Below, one piece after another: positions 43,225 to 58,530 of a stretch of 64,000 bases of DNA. Every line of letters begins with the position of its first letter. Positions within the stretch are counted from its first letter, which is position 1. This stretch comes from Octopus vulgaris (lineage: Eukaryota): the NCBI GenBank assembly GCA_951406725.2, contig OX597815.1:3286001-3350000 (forward strand), given 5' to 3'. A program made the translations under genes and the position numbers. Under the pieces are notes generated by a model. That model was not told the DNA's origin. It searched no databases and saw only the letters and a list, made by a program, of their open reading frames with translations.

Positions 43225-43278
<54 letters not shown>

Positions 43279-43320
43279 GGAGAGGGAGAGAGGGAGAGAC
43301 AGACAGAGACAGACAGACAG

Positions 43321-43401
<81 letters not shown>

Positions 43402-43555
43402 TAAAGATGGATGGATAGATAGACAGACAGACAGATAGATAGAGAGAGAGAGACAGACAGACAGACAGGCAGACAGACAGACAGACAGACAGACAGGCAG
43501 ACAGACAGTCAGACAGACAAGCAGACAGGGAGATAGATAGATAGATAGAGAGAGG

Positions 43556-43615
<60 letters not shown>

Positions 43616-44390
43616 CAAACAGACGGATAGATAGATAGATCGATGGATGGATAGATGGATTGATGAAGGGAGGGAGGGAAAGAGGGGAGGGGGAAAGGCA
43701 TTTTGGTAGGAATGGAGGCCGAATCGGGAGGTTAAATGATATGAAATTTAAAACATGAAAGACAGAGAGAGAGAGAGTATAAAAGCGAGAAGAGAGTGGG
43801 TGAGAGAGGGAGAGAGAGAGGGAGAAATAAATAAAGAGAAAGAGAGGAAGGAGGTGGAGGTGGGTGGGGAGAGTTTTGTGTTCGATAATAACAAAGAGGT
43901 ATTAAGGGAATAGAAAAAACGAAATTGAAGTGGGAGGGCGGGGGTGTGGAAAACTGGTGATGATGATGATGATGATAATGGCTATCACTCTCGGCGTTGT
44001 CGTCGTCATCATCATCATCGTCATCATCATCATCATTATCCTTGTCATAATCGTCATCATCATCATCCTCGTCGTCATCATCATCATCATCATTATTTTT
44101 GTCATAATTGTCATCATCATCATCGTCGTCATCATCATCATCATCATCATCATTATCTTTGTCATCATCATCATCATCCTTGTCATCATCAATATCATCA
44201 TCATCATCATCATCATCATCTTTGTCATCATCACCATCATCATCATTATCCTTGTCATCATCGTCATCATCATCGTCATCATCATTATCTTTGTCATCAT
44301 CATCATTATTTTCTTTGTCATCACCATCATCATCATCATCATTATCTTTATCATCATCAAAATCATCATCGTCATCATCATCATTACCAT
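43212..44390. repeat. (AGAT)n/(AGAC)n/(AG)n, then (ATC)n
   Basis: Visible in sequence. Confidence 0.9.
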
Positions 44391-44469
44391 GATCAGTGTA
44401 CTCATTAAGTATGATTTAGAGTGTGTGGAAGAAAAGAAAAGAAGTGGCGGCGAGATGAAAAGAAAGAGA

Positions 44470-44513
<44 letters not shown>

Positions 44514-45537
44514 ACCAAGAATGAAGAATAGAAAAAAAAGAAGGAAACAAAGAACGAGATAAGGAAAGATACAACGTATGAAGAAAAAGAAAGAGAAGAA
44601 AAAGAGAGAGAGAGAGCATAAGAAACGAACGTTCTTTAGAAATAACACGATGGCTACGATGGAGACGGCATGGATGGAGTGTAAAATATATAAGAAAGGA
44701 TCGTTACATACTAACACATACACATTTATATGAGCATACATATATGCATGTATGTATGCATGAATGTACATGTGTATGTATGTATGTATGTATGTATGTA
44801 TGTATGTATGTATACGTTTTTTTTTTTTTGTCTATAGGGGTTGAGTGGATGGATGGATGAGAGGCAGACAGAGAAGTAGAAGGGATTAAGTTTCTGGCAA
44901 ACTTCCGGCGTCTATCTCAAACCTAATCTGACTGGATTATCTAAGTTTATAAAACGACCACTGATACACCAAGACACCAATGCCTATATGCATCTATACA
45001 TATATATATATAGATATATACACACACACACACATTCACACACACACACCACACACATTCACACACAAACCACCATCAACACCAACACCACCAACAGCAA
45101 CAACGTCACTCTGCCATTCGGCTGTATTGACATTGGATTTTGGGCAGCAGACAATCTCATTTGGATCCGGGTGGATCCGGCGAGGGTATCGTTTCATTTT
45201 GTTTGCTTATAAGAGGGGTGCGGGGTCTTCCCCCCACCCACCCACTTTTTTAAAGGAAAAACTGTGTCAGTTCAGTGGTTAAATAAAGAGATAAAGAAAT
45301 AAAGAAATAAATGATATACCGCCAAAAATAACAGAAGATAAGAATAGCGGAATATAAGAATGACAGAATCAATAAAGACATGAATGAAAGAATATATATA
45401 GCTAGAGTCGAAAATGATTGACAATTAAAAATGAAGAAACTGTACACACATACATACATACATACCCACACAAAATGTAAATTTACAATGCATATGTACA
45501 TTGTATGTATGTCTATATGTATATATATATATCTATA

Positions 45538-45587
<50 letters not shown>

Positions 45588-45682
45588 TACATATTTCATT
45601 TTTCAAAAATATAACTACGAGTGGACGGTTGCCGATTTTTGTTCCTCCTCCTTCCTTTTCTTTTAGATTTTCCTATGTCATT

Positions 45683-45720
45683 TGTTTCCGAAGAGGAGCT
45701 ATTGCTCGAAACATAAAACA
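45683..45720 (+). ncRNA. minimal hammerhead-like variant
   Basis: TGTTT-CCGAAGA-G-GAGC.GCTC-GAAA-CA-TA^AAACA. Confidence 0.45.
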
Positions 45721-46189
45721 ACCACTGTTTCTTTCATTCTTTGAGTGTTTCATTAATACTTTGCATGTACTACGGCCTCGAGTTGTTTTTCTTGTCTTTT
45801 CTTTCCGTTTTTTTAATCAATTACATATATACATATATATACATATATATACATATATATATACAGACTCCCACACATACACAGGCGCGCACACACATAC
45901 ATGTAGGTAGGGTCCCACACCTATATAAGATAGCCTTAATTCTTAAAACAATTCGAACATTAACTTTAGTTATACAGAATATATTCACACCCTTTGGTTT
46001 TCAGTATTTCTTCCACTACCAGGGTTGACCGCAGTCTGACCTTGATTTATTCCAACGGACTTTTTCGTCGGCCTCCCCCCTGACGTCAACGCACATTGAG
46101 AGACAGTTTTGTGCTTTTTCATGGGCTCCTAAGGAGCGTTTTGTTCGAATACCTTGCTGCGCATTTGTTTTGGATTTTAAATTCCTGGA

Positions 46190-46273
46190 TTTTCCTGAAG
46201 AGAAAGCTGCAAAATGGTCTCCTTATTCAATCCGAATTTGGAAATTTGCGGCCTTTGAAACATGTGTAGAAAA
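46190..46273 (+). ncRNA. type I hammerhead ribozyme, diverged member of the same family
   Basis: TTTTC-CTGAAGA-GAAAGCTGCAAA..TTTGCGGCCTTT-GAAA-CATGTG-TA^GAAAA. Confidence 0.78.
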
Positions 46274-46325
46274 TAATAAAAGGAATTCTGTAGCATCTTC
46301 GTTCAGCTCCATTTCTTCCCTTCAC

Positions 46326-46387
<62 letters not shown>

Positions 46388-46467
46388 CATATATACACAC
46401 ATGTACATAGATAGATCGCTACCCACTAAACCTTTTCTATTTCCTCTCCCTTTTTATTTCTGTGTTC

Positions 46468-46503
46468 CTTTCTGCTGAAGAGCGTAGGCTCGAAAGGTAA
46501 AAG
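46468..46503 (+). ncRNA. minimal hammerhead-like variant (A6 mutated)
   Basis: CTTT-CTGCTGA-A-GAGC.GCTC-GAAA-GG-TA^AAAG. A truncated sister copy lies at 48702-48720. Confidence 0.4.
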
Positions 46504-47053
46504 ACTTTCTCACTTTCCGATGGTTAAAGTGATACATCTGTTTGTTGTTTAAACACCCGACTTCGTCTTTTTTTAATTTTGTAAATGCTCGCTATACATA
46601 TGCATACATATATATATATATATACATATATGTGTGTATATACATACATATACATGTGTATATATATGTGTGTGTGTATGTATGCACACACACACACATA
46701 TATATATATACATATACATGTATGTATGTATGTATGTATGTATGTATGTATGTATGTATGTATGTATGTATGTATGTATGTATGTATGTGTTCTCCTCTG
46801 TTTTCTATTATATTCTGCCTCTGAGGAAAGAGCTGGTTTCTAACAAAGACACCAAACTCTATCATTGGTACATGGATAACGAAAACAATGTTACACGGTA
46901 AACTTGAAAAATCTCTTGCAAATTCCTCCGAAGTCGACTTTAACTTTTATCCTTTCGGGGTCGATGAATTAAGTACCAGCAGAGTACTGGGGACGATGTA
47001 ATCGAGTATCTCCTTCACCCAAATTTCAAGCATTATTACTATCATTATTATTA

Positions 47054-47107
<54 letters not shown>

Positions 47108-47108
<1 letters not shown>

Positions 47109-47603
47109 GAGTGAGAGAGCAGTGCATGCCATCAAAGTGACACTGGGGTAAAATATACGAAGCCCAATATTACCATCATGACTACCCGTCTGATAAGGGT
47201 ACACCAGGCACATGCATCACAACAACATGTGCGCGATATGGTGATCTCATTTCAAGATAACCAGCACATGACCTTGCAGGTGGGGCCCAGTTAGAATTTT
47301 CTTCCAGTCGAGTAACCCATCCTGCTGAAAAGATCCCTGAATAAGGATTGTTTAAGGATGTTGAACAATACACACCTTTCCAAAGGTGAATTATCCAAAC
47401 CCCAAAGAATCCCTCTCAATACATGGCTATGATGCTCCCCCACTACATCTGCTCTTGATCAGAGATGCACATATCGTCAGCCACCAAGGGGGACATGCTC
47501 AACCGGTTAAGGTCAAACAACTGACAAGCAAATCTGTGATATGGAGCAGAATATTTGCTGTAGCCCATCTTTTATACCAACACAAAAGCAGAATATTTGC
47601 TGC
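47108..47603 (-). mobile_element. R4/Dong-like non-LTR 3' fragment in a (TAA)n tract
   Basis: WATANILL resembles the GTAHILR terminus of RLE elements. (ATT)n on both sides. Confidence 0.45.
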
Positions 47604-47617
47604 ATTATTATTATTAT

Positions 47618-47675
<58 letters not shown>

Positions 47676-48095
47676 TGTTGGTGGTGGTGGTGGTGGTGGT
47701 AGTGGTGATGCTGAGAAGAGTCTGTTATATGCAATGCCCACCGGACAAGCTGGCTGTGAGAAGGTGCTCAACTCCATTCATTAGATGAGGAGGAGAAAGA
47801 GAAAAGGGTAAAGAGGGGGAAGAAGGTGAAGGAAAGTCTGAGGACGAGAGAACTAAGTGAGAAGAAAGGGAGGAGGGAGGGTAAAGTGAGTAGGAACGTT
47901 AATGGGAAATAGATAGATAGATAGATAGATAGACAGATAAGTTTCTTTATTGGCCACACAGGGCTGCACACAGATGGGACAAGTTGCAAGGTAGAGCTTT
48001 TCTTTTGGGGGAGAAAAAAAATAAGGTGGCGTAGGTTCTCGATCAAAAGGGATCGTAAAAGGGGAAAAAAGAAAGGAAAAGGAAAAAAAGAAATA

Positions 48096-48145
<50 letters not shown>

Positions 48146-48717
48146 GGGAAGGAGGGAGAGAGAAAGGTGGAGAGACAGTCAGATAGATAAAATGGGTGTG
48201 TACATGCATAGAAGAAGGAGAGGCTGCGGTAGAGAATAGACGAGCGCGAAATAAGGGATTCTTAGAAATAGGTGTGTGTAAATAGAAAGATAAATAGTTA
48301 TATGTGCCTTTGTTCGTCATTTTACTTTAAAATCTCGGGGGTTCGAGAAAAACACGACCATCCCGACGAATATTCGGAAGCAAAGTGGAGAAAGAACAGG
48401 ATGGCTTCTTTCTTACAAAGAGATTTTACCTTCCAATAGTGAGTATATATATATATATATATATATATGAACTATTCTACCTGGGCTTTCTACTCTCCTA
48501 CACTTCGGCTGCACCTCTCCTACCCACGGATTACACTGGACTCTTCCTTTGATGAGAAATCGCTCCAATACACCACGACGTTTCAACCTTTTGAACTTTT
48601 CTAAACTTTCTTGTAATCTCTGCTTTTTCGTTTTTGTCGTTTCTCTCAATCTGTACTTGTTACCTTCCCCCTCTCTCCCTCCCTTTCTTATTTCTGTGTT
48701 CCTTTCTGTTGAAGAGC

Positions 48718-48770
<53 letters not shown>

Positions 48771-48867
48771 ATTAATAGTTAGGGAATGTAATAATTCTAA
48801 GTTAACAGGGAAAAAATTTCAATTTAGCACACTAAATCAAAATTCACAATATATCATTCATATATAT

Positions 48868-48971
<104 letters not shown>

Positions 48972-49059
48972 ATTTAGAGATAAACCGGTATCTGGTTATT
49001 TCATCAATAGTGAAAAGATATTATCTGTAATAACCACATAGAAATGATATATATATATG

Positions 49060-49129
<70 letters not shown>

Positions 49130-49135
<6 letters not shown>

Positions 49136-50230
49136 GTACAACACATGTTTCAACCCGTTCTTGGTTCCTTCAGGTACACCAATAAAAAGTCTCATTGGAG
49201 ATTTCTTGGACATATAGCTTACGTACCGCTATATGTCCATCAAATGACACATACTATCGTATGTCCATCAAATGACACATACTATTGAATTCACCTTATA
49301 TGGCATGCCACTTCAAAAATATGGTTATCCATTTCACCATTACATAAGAGAAAGCTGGAAAAGATACTTGGATGACTGTTTTATCATTTGGAAGGAGACC
49401 ATTGACAAACTTTTGGACTTCAAATCAACATTAAATGACATAAATAGTAACATTCAATTCTCAATGGAATATAGCAAAGAACAGCTCCCATTTTGGGATA
49501 TTATGATAAAAAAATCAACAACCAAATTATAACTGACATCTGTCATAAACCAACGGAATCGAAACAATATCTCCACTTTAGCTCATTCCACCCGAAACAC
49601 ATCAAAATAAATATCCCCTTTAATTTGGCAAAAAGGATTTGCATAGTAGTGTCTGATAGAACTGCTCGGGACCTTCGTCTTCAGGACCTCAGCACAACAC
49701 TAACTGAAAGACAATATCCGCCCTCACTTATAGACGATGGAATTAAGCGTGCTAAGTGATTAAAAATAAAAACATTAAGCATAACACCGCACCTCCTCTC
49801 AAAACACTGCCGTATATATAAACCCATAACCCTAGAAACAATGAGGCATACAACACTATTTTGCAAAATCTCCCAAACATGAACAACATCCTGAAAGCGC
49901 AAAAACTCATCAAATGCAAAAAGCAACACAAATCGCTAAAGACATCTAACAAACGCAAAGCTTCACACAACAACCATGAAACCAACGATTAAAAAAATGT
50001 TGAAGGCCAAACTGTGGAACATTCCCCAACTTATTCCCACAATAATAACGATAACCAATTACCTCCCCTTAGATTTTTCAACTTGTTGAATCATTCACTC
50101 ATAAATTTCACACACAACATGGACCCCAAAAATTCTTAAGAATATAAGTATTCAAATAAATTTTAATATCATGAATAGGGAAAGCGAAACCGGTCGACAA
50201 ACACAATACAAGATACAATAAAAATCATAT
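49130..50230 (+). mobile_element. decayed Penelope-like RT fragment (frameshifted) with inverted hammerhead at its 5' end
   Basis: WKRYLDDCFIIW, IQFSME..LPFWDI, TDICHKPTESKQYLHFSSFHP, NIPFNLAKRIC, YPPSLID. Confidence 0.88.
49136..49177 (-). ncRNA. hammerhead-like motif (A9 to G), sim intron, sense
   Basis: GTAC-CTGAAGG-AACC..GGTT-GAAA-CATGTG-TT^GTAC. Confidence 0.55.
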
Positions 50231-51319
50231 TGAAACTATGTAAAGTGTGTGCATTTTCCTTCTTTAATTTCTTATTATATATATATATAAAACATATATA
50301 TACATACAGTCATACATACATACATACATACATACATACACAAATACACACACATACATACATACTTGCGTACATACATGCGTATATACATACGTACGTA
50401 CATACATAGAGCATGATGGATAGAAAGTGATACAAACACGCATATACGCGCACACACACTCATATAGAAAGAAAGAGAGCAAGAGAGATGGGAGGAAGAG
50501 GTGGAGATTGAGAGTGAACTATTGAAATCTGTTTTACAATTTTCATTTGACGCTATTTTATAATTGAAAAGTGACTCGAGAGACAAACGACATTTCTGTA
50601 TATAAAACAATAATACCACGTGCACAACAAACCATTTATCATGTGAATAAAATCCTACTCGTATATTTCAAGTTTCGTCACGTGTTTGGAACACGAAACG
50701 TTAATTGTTCAGAGACACTGTGGTTTTTAAAAAATCAATGATACTTTCTGATGAGAATCTAAGCCATTGCCTTGATGTCATGCAGCAAATCCATCCCACA
50801 GTTTCTCTCAACTCATTTTATGGAAGCAGTGATGAGAACTTCAATGACACTGTAGGGGTTTATATACAAGTTGTGATGATATACCTGAACAAAATGGCGG
50901 CTTCGATTCAACACAAGATCAAATAAATAAAATGTTAAAAAATAAAATGTCACGTGTTCATTCCTTATTGTTAAATTCGTTGTCTTTTGAAGAAATAATA
51001 ATCAGCAAAGCTAATACAACGTGATTTAACCGAATTAGTTTCTTTTGAGAAGAAACTAAATTTCATTTTATTTTATTTTATTTTATTTCTGTATGTAATT
51101 ATAGGAATGGCAGTACATGATGCTGGTTGCGGCCACTTGGCACAATCGTTTGAACGTCGGATAAATTACTTTGCGGTAATCATTCCCGCTACGCCATCTG
51201 CTCCTTCTGTTCAAATCTCGCTGAGGTCATCTTTGCCTTTCATTCTTTCGTGGTCGATAAATAAAGTACCAGTTCTGTCACGACGTCGTTTCTTCTCTTT
51301 CTTAAAATCTCTTTTTCTC

Positions 51320-51732
51320 AATACATCCATACATCCATCCACACATGCATCCATATGTATGGATACATGCATCCATACATACATATGTACGTACGTACGT
51401 ACGTACATACATAGATAAATACATACATACATACATACATGCATACATACATATATACATACATACGTACGTATATTGATACATACATACATGCATGCAT
51501 ACATACATACATACATACATACATGCATACATGCATACATACATACATACATGCATAGATACATACATACATACATACATACATACATACATACATACAT
51601 ACATACATACATACATACATACAATACATACATACATACATACATACATACATACATACATACATACATACATACATGCATACATACATACATACATACA
51701 TACATACATACATACATACATACGTACATACA

Positions 51733-51763
<31 letters not shown>

Positions 51764-52770
51764 CATACATACATACATACATACATACATACATACATAC
51801 ATACATGCATACATACATACATACATACATACATACATACATACATACATACATACATACATACATACATACATACATACATACATACATACAATACATA
51901 CATACATACATACATACATACATACATACATACATACATACATACATACATACATACATACATACATACATACATACATACATACATACATACATACATA
52001 CATACATACATACATACATACATACATACATACATACATACATACATACATACATACATACATACATACATACACATACATACATACATACATACATATG
52101 CATGCATACATACATACATACATACATACATACATACATACATACATACATACATACATACATACATACATACATACATACATACATACATACATACATA
52201 CATACATACATACATACATACATACATACATACATACATACATACATACATACACATACATACATACATACATACATACATACACATACATACATACATA
52301 CATACATACATACAAACATACATACATACATACATACATACATACATACATACATACATACATACATACATACATACATACATACATACATACATACATA
52401 CATACAATGCATACATACATACATACATACATACATACATACATACATACATACATACATACATACATACAATACATACATACATACATACATACATACA
52501 TACATACAATACATACATACATACATACATACATACATACATACATACATACATACATACAAACATACATACATACATACATACATACATACATACATAC
52601 ATACATACATACATACATACATACATACATACATACATACATACATACATACATACATACATACATACATACATACATACATACATACATACATACGTAC
52701 ATACATACATACATGCATACATACAATGCATACATACAATACATACATACATACGTACGTACGCATATAC
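51320..52770. repeat. (ATAC)n, 1.45 kb
   Basis: Visible in sequence. Confidence 0.97.
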
Positions 52771-52843
52771 CAAACTGATAGATTTTTATTTAAACAATTT
52801 AAACAGCAGAATACATGAAGCGATGCCATGCAGCGGTCACTCA

Positions 52844-53071
<228 letters not shown>

Positions 53072-53431
53072 TTAATGAAGTATGAACGTCACACCTTCCC
53101 GTTTACTCATCTAAGAATAACATGCTTATATATATTTAGGTTACCGGTTCCAATGCGAATTAAGAACGGAAATGCGAGAACGAAATTGGCTTAGAAACTG
53201 CAAACCCAGGGCAAACATTTTTTACAAACAGGTCGATGATTTTAATCGTAATATCGTAAAACGAACGCAGGTATAATGTGTCAAAACCAACAGGAAGCGT
53301 CGATGCTTCCTAGGGCTAAATAGCGGTAGTGTAATTCCCTTTACGGGACTGTCACGTTTTGTTGACAATATACAACCACTCTATCGCTCCACCACCGCTC
53401 ATGTCTCTTTGAGACGTTTAGAAATTCAATA

Positions 53432-53487
<56 letters not shown>

Positions 53488-53489
<2 letters not shown>

Positions 53490-53880
53490 GAGCACTCCGT
53501 CAGTTACGACGACGAGGGTTCCAGTTGATCCGATCAACGGAACTGCCTGTTCGTGAAATAAACGCGCAAGTGGCTGAGCACTCCACAGACACGTGTATCC
53601 TTAACGTAGTTCTCGGGGAGATTCAGAGATTCAGCATGACACAGAGTGTGACAAGGCTGGCCTCTGAAATACAGGTACAAGAGAAACAGGAAGGGAAGAA
53701 AGAGCGAGAGAAAGTTGTGGTGAAAGAATACAGCTGGGTTCGCCACCACCCCCTACCGGAGCCTCGTGGAACTTTAGGTGTTTTCGCTCAATAAACACTC
53801 ACAACGTCCGGTCTAGGAATCGAAACTGCGATCCTATGACCACGAGTCCGCTGCTCTAATCACTAGGCCATTGCGCCTCC
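53488..53880 (-). mobile_element. SINE family A
   Basis: Reverse complement of the family A head with a different tail. Confidence 0.78.
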
Positions 53881-53958
53881 ATACAGAGACAAATAGATAG
53901 ATAGGTAAGTAAATAGATAGATGGATATATAGAGAGATAGTTAGATATAAATAGATAG

Positions 53959-53997
<39 letters not shown>

Positions 53998-54682
53998 AAG
54001 AGGGAGAGGAAGGAAGGAGACAGACAGACACAATAAACGACTGTTGTTAAAAAGAAGCAATGGATTATAGGTTTGTGTAAGGGAGGGTGGAAGTGGTGCT
54101 GTATATCTATTAAGGATATAAGGTTTTAGAGGTGTTCCTAACCGTCACCATAGAAACAGGTCCTAGAGAGGGATATAGATAGATTTAAGGTGGTAGTGTT
54201 TGAAAGGGCAGAAAGGGGACGATGATGGGCGGGCATAAATTGTATATTTGATCTAAGGACTTGTCTGATTTCTGTTTTTTTTGGCCGAAGCGTCGTATTC
54301 TGGGAACGGAAAACCGCGATAAGAGATTTTCCACTTTGCTATTGAGACGAGGGTTAAATATGGATTTAAAAATTAACATCAAAGGAGGCAGTTTTTATTA
54401 TTTTTGTGGGGAGGGGCGTGGGTAGGGGCGTGGGGAGGGGCGTGGGGGGGGAACCAGGTGGTGTTTTCTCTGTAACTTTTATATTTCTTTTTAGGTTGTT
54501 GATGTTTTTCTTTAAATAAATTAAAATATAAATATACTCTATACTTCTGTAGAGTACAAATTTATTATTCTTAAATGAGAGTATTATTGACAGTGACTTC
54601 GAAGGTTCAGTCACCTAAAGCATCGTCGGACTGTCCGAACAACACTCTTGTATTTTAATTATATATATATATAATTAATAAT

Positions 54683-54743
54683 GATAAAACTCCGAGTTTC
54701 GGATGTCGGGGTGGAAGCTCATGCCACCATCTCTTCAGTTATC
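54683..54743 (-). ncRNA. type I hammerhead motif, family of 27688, in sim intron in sense orientation
   Basis: GATAA-CTGAAGA-GATG..CATC-C-GAAA-CTCGGAG-TT^TTATC. Confidence 0.65.
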
Positions 54744-54770
54744 CGGCCATCGGAAAAAAATGCTATGAAA

Positions 54771-54835
<65 letters not shown>

Positions 54836-54838
54836 TAC

Positions 54839-54895
<57 letters not shown>

Positions 54896-54903
54896 TACAC
54901 AGG

Positions 54904-54935
<32 letters not shown>

Positions 54936-55410
54936 AGAGAGAGAGAGAGAGTGTATATATATATATATATATATATATACATAGCTTCATTTGAACTTGT
55001 CACTCCCTCAGATGTATACGAATATATACGCATATATATATATATATACGCATGCATACATATATTCATGCATATATACATATATACACTTCGTTTTCGT
55101 ATTTCGTTCACAATATTCTTGATGTGAATTCGTGTATTAAAATAAATTTTGTTGTCTTGGGAAGGTCATCACATTAATAATAGCACATACACTGGTTCAA
55201 TATTACTTCTTTATAGATTAGATATTTAATCTAGTTGTAGATTAGAGATATTTAACCAAGTGACTAACAATAAAAAAAAACTGATTGTCAATCAATGCAT
55301 ATGTTATTATTAGTGGCATATCCACCCCACCAAGACGTGTGTGTCTATGGTAGCTGTAGTAGTTACCGGAAAATGAGAAGAAAGAAGAGTACGTAAGGTA
55401 GTTTACATAC

Positions 55411-55517
55411 GTGTATGGTGGGAGTATCTCATATGGAGAATATCACAGGCGTGTATGTAATGGTATAATGTCTTCTCGATCAGATCTTGCGGTTCATAAC
55501 CCGTCAGTTGCGCCACC
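55411..55517 (-). CDS. sim: SIM exon, PAS-B ([35 protein letters not shown]); not in the ORF track
   Basis: Hand translation of the reverse strand. TTTCAG acceptor and GTATGT donor. 107 bp, joins both neighbouring exons in frame. Confidence 0.96.
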
Positions 55518-55810
55518 CTGAAATGGAAAATGGATATTTGGTGAACTGGGGCAGTTGAAACAAATAATCATACGTACACAACTGTGTATACACATACAGA
55601 CACACAGTCATACATAAATACATCACACATAGGCACATACATACATTTATATATATATATATGTATGTATATATATATATATATATACGTTTAAATATTT
55701 GTTGTGCAAGATTAATGTAAAAAATAAATATCACTGAAGCAAAATAACACCAAATATATAGTGCGTGTGTTTTTATTGGCTAAACTGGCAATATGACCAT
55801 TCCGAAATCT

Positions 55811-55881
<71 letters not shown>

Positions 55882-56093
55882 TAGACAAATGAATTATCTT
55901 ATTACGGATAATTCGAAAGATAACCGATACCTGGGTAGCAAACTCACAACAGAAAAAGCACGGTTGAAGTTACGACCATAGGGCATAAAATCCGTGCCTT
56001 AGTGCGGAAATTTGAAGTTTAATATATTAAGTATAGGAAAGAATGGAGCTGAACGAAGATTTAACAAAATTCCTTTATTTTATTTTCCTATAC

Positions 56094-56135
<42 letters not shown>

Positions 56136-56632
56136 TCGGGTAAGGTATAATATATATATATACATGGTCGGGTAAGGTATAATTATTTTAATTATTTTAT
56201 TCTTTATACCGATCTAATTCCGAAACGCGCGTACGTGTGTAACCTAATACCGATTGATTTTCGTTATTTTTCCCTTTCGCCTGCGTGGATTGTTTTCAAG
56301 TACTTTGGTTTTTCTGGGAGCCCCTTTAAAGTAGAAGGAAGAGCTAAGAATTTTTGACTGCTATTTCTAAACTTCGGTATGTGGTAAAGCAAATCTTTGC
56401 TGAACCCTAATGATATATATATATATATATATATAAAATTAAAATTTAAATTAATCAAAGGACATAGTAAGTATGTCTACCTGCTTGAAATAACAGTCAA
56501 AACTCTTATTAAATCGCAAAAATACACTGATGATAACTATATATATATATATATATATCCACCGCTGCCAAGTGTAATTTTTCCGTCCAACCTGTGCTAG
56601 TACGGAAAACTGACGTTAAACGATGATGATGA

Positions 56633-56676
<44 letters not shown>

Positions 56677-57337
56677 ATGTACAGATTCTTCGGGGTTGCC
56701 TGATGTTCCTGTGCATCCACAGGTGAAACTCTGAGTCTTCAACAAAATAAAATAATCCTTCGTAAAGGTTAGCCGTCTTGCTGATGTGAATATCTCTTTG
56801 AAAATGAAAGAGTATAACTAACGATAACTGCTTCGAAGTTTCTATCATCTATATACAGATTGCAAGCTCACATTTATACCAATAATAATTGGTGCCCTTA
56901 GTTTATGAGTAAATGCCTAACTGATAATCCGGTTTACCTTGGATTTTTAGAAAACCACCTAACATCTACATTACAAATACAATCTGTAAGCGGAACAGTA
57001 AAAGACATTTCCCAAGTTTAAAATATGAATTGGTTTTTATCTACATTTAAATGATGGAGTTTTGTATCTTTGTTAGAAACCAGCTCCTTCTTCAGGGGAA
57101 GAATTTAGATAATGAAAAACTGCAGAGAACATACATACATACATACATAAATAATACATACATACATACATACATACATTCATACGCACTCACACATACA
57201 TGTACGTTTGGGTTTACAAACCGTGGAAAGAATACTCAATACGAAAGATAGAGTATCTGTTATGGAGTTATATAAACTTTAATTTATAAAGGTATATCTT
57301 TTTTTTTTACTAATAATGTAGTTTTGAATTTACTCAC

Positions 57338-57537
57338 CTGGCATCTAGAAATATTAGCTTCAAGTCTAAACTGGCTCTGAACATAAACATATTGTTAAAC
57401 ATTTTAATCTCTGTTACAGCGCTAGGTGGCAGTGAATGGCCGACAGCTACCAGACCGACATTTTGGTAGCATCCGTCGTATGGTGAAATATCCATTGTGT
57501 ATTGCTTGATTTTCAAGTAGCCACTACAATGAATTAC
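57338..57537 (-). CDS. sim: single-minded (SIM) exon, end of PAS-A/linker/start of PAS-B ([13 protein letters not shown]...[17 protein letters not shown])
   Basis: Peptide closely resembles SIM1/SIM2/Drosophila Sim. CAG acceptor and GTGAGT donor. 200 bp, phase 0 to 2, matching the recalled size of the vertebrate SIM exon. Confidence 0.96.
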
Positions 57538-57775
57538 CTGGTGGAAAAACGAAAAGAAATAGCGACAGGTTAACATAGTAATTTGGCTAAAAGGAAAACA
57601 GGCTTTAACAGCCTTTCAAATTTGAGTTCAAATCCTACATGTCTTTGGTTTATCTAAAAGTTTATGAGACGTCTTGGCGCAGCCGTTTTTGTGCCGCTTA
57701 TTTGGCGTCGCTGATTCTACGCTGACATTTTTTACATTAGACATTGTAATGTTTCTCACATTCTCTCTCTCCCCC

Positions 57776-57821
<46 letters not shown>

Positions 57822-58158
57822 CTGTGTGTGTGTGTGTTTGCGTGTATGCATGTATGTGTGTGTGTGTACGTGTGTGCGCGCGAACATCTTGTAACATTTG
57901 TACGTGTGTAAGAATGTCTCTTTGCCTCTCTCTGACTAAATTCAGTATCTCTCTCTGTACATTTCTGCGCAGGCGTGCATGTTTGTGTGAGCCTGTTTAC
58001 CTCAAGTGCCAAAAAGTACGGCGGTTAAAACAAATTCAGCCGTGACAAATCATTAGTGCCGAAAAAGCAACGCCCGATCGGCCTATTCTGCAGTCGAGGG
58101 AAGATGGGTTTTTTTTATCATAAAAACAGAAAATGTTTGTCATTATAGTTGCATATAA

Positions 58159-58385
58159 GGCGGCGAGCAAGCAGACGCGTTAACATGCCGGACAAAATGC
58201 CTAACAGCATTTCTTCCGGCTTCTTGCGTTCTGGGTTCAAATTCCGCCGGGGTCAATTTTGGATTTCATCTATTTGGGGACGATTAAATAAAGCATGTCA
58301 GACACTGGGGGCTGCTGTAATCGACTGGCCTCCACACCCACCCACTTCCCCAGCATTTCAGGCCTTGCACCCAAAATAGAAAGAA
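58159..58385 (+). mobile_element. SINE C, diverged
   Basis: Family blocks. Smaller plus-strand fragments also at 46918-47025 and 51205-51275. Confidence 0.6.
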
Positions 58386-58416
58386 TTAGAGCTTCAAACG
58401 GATGCGTGTGTATTTT

Positions 58417-58447
<31 letters not shown>

Positions 58448-58492
58448 CTGTGAGAGTGTGTGTGCGCGTGAGTGTGTGTGGATGCATGCTTG

Positions 58493-58530
<38 letters not shown>

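Noticed and set aside
50705-50926. 73-aa plus-strand ORF and CTGATGAG motif
   Set aside because: No recognisable homology and no matching GAAA or stems.
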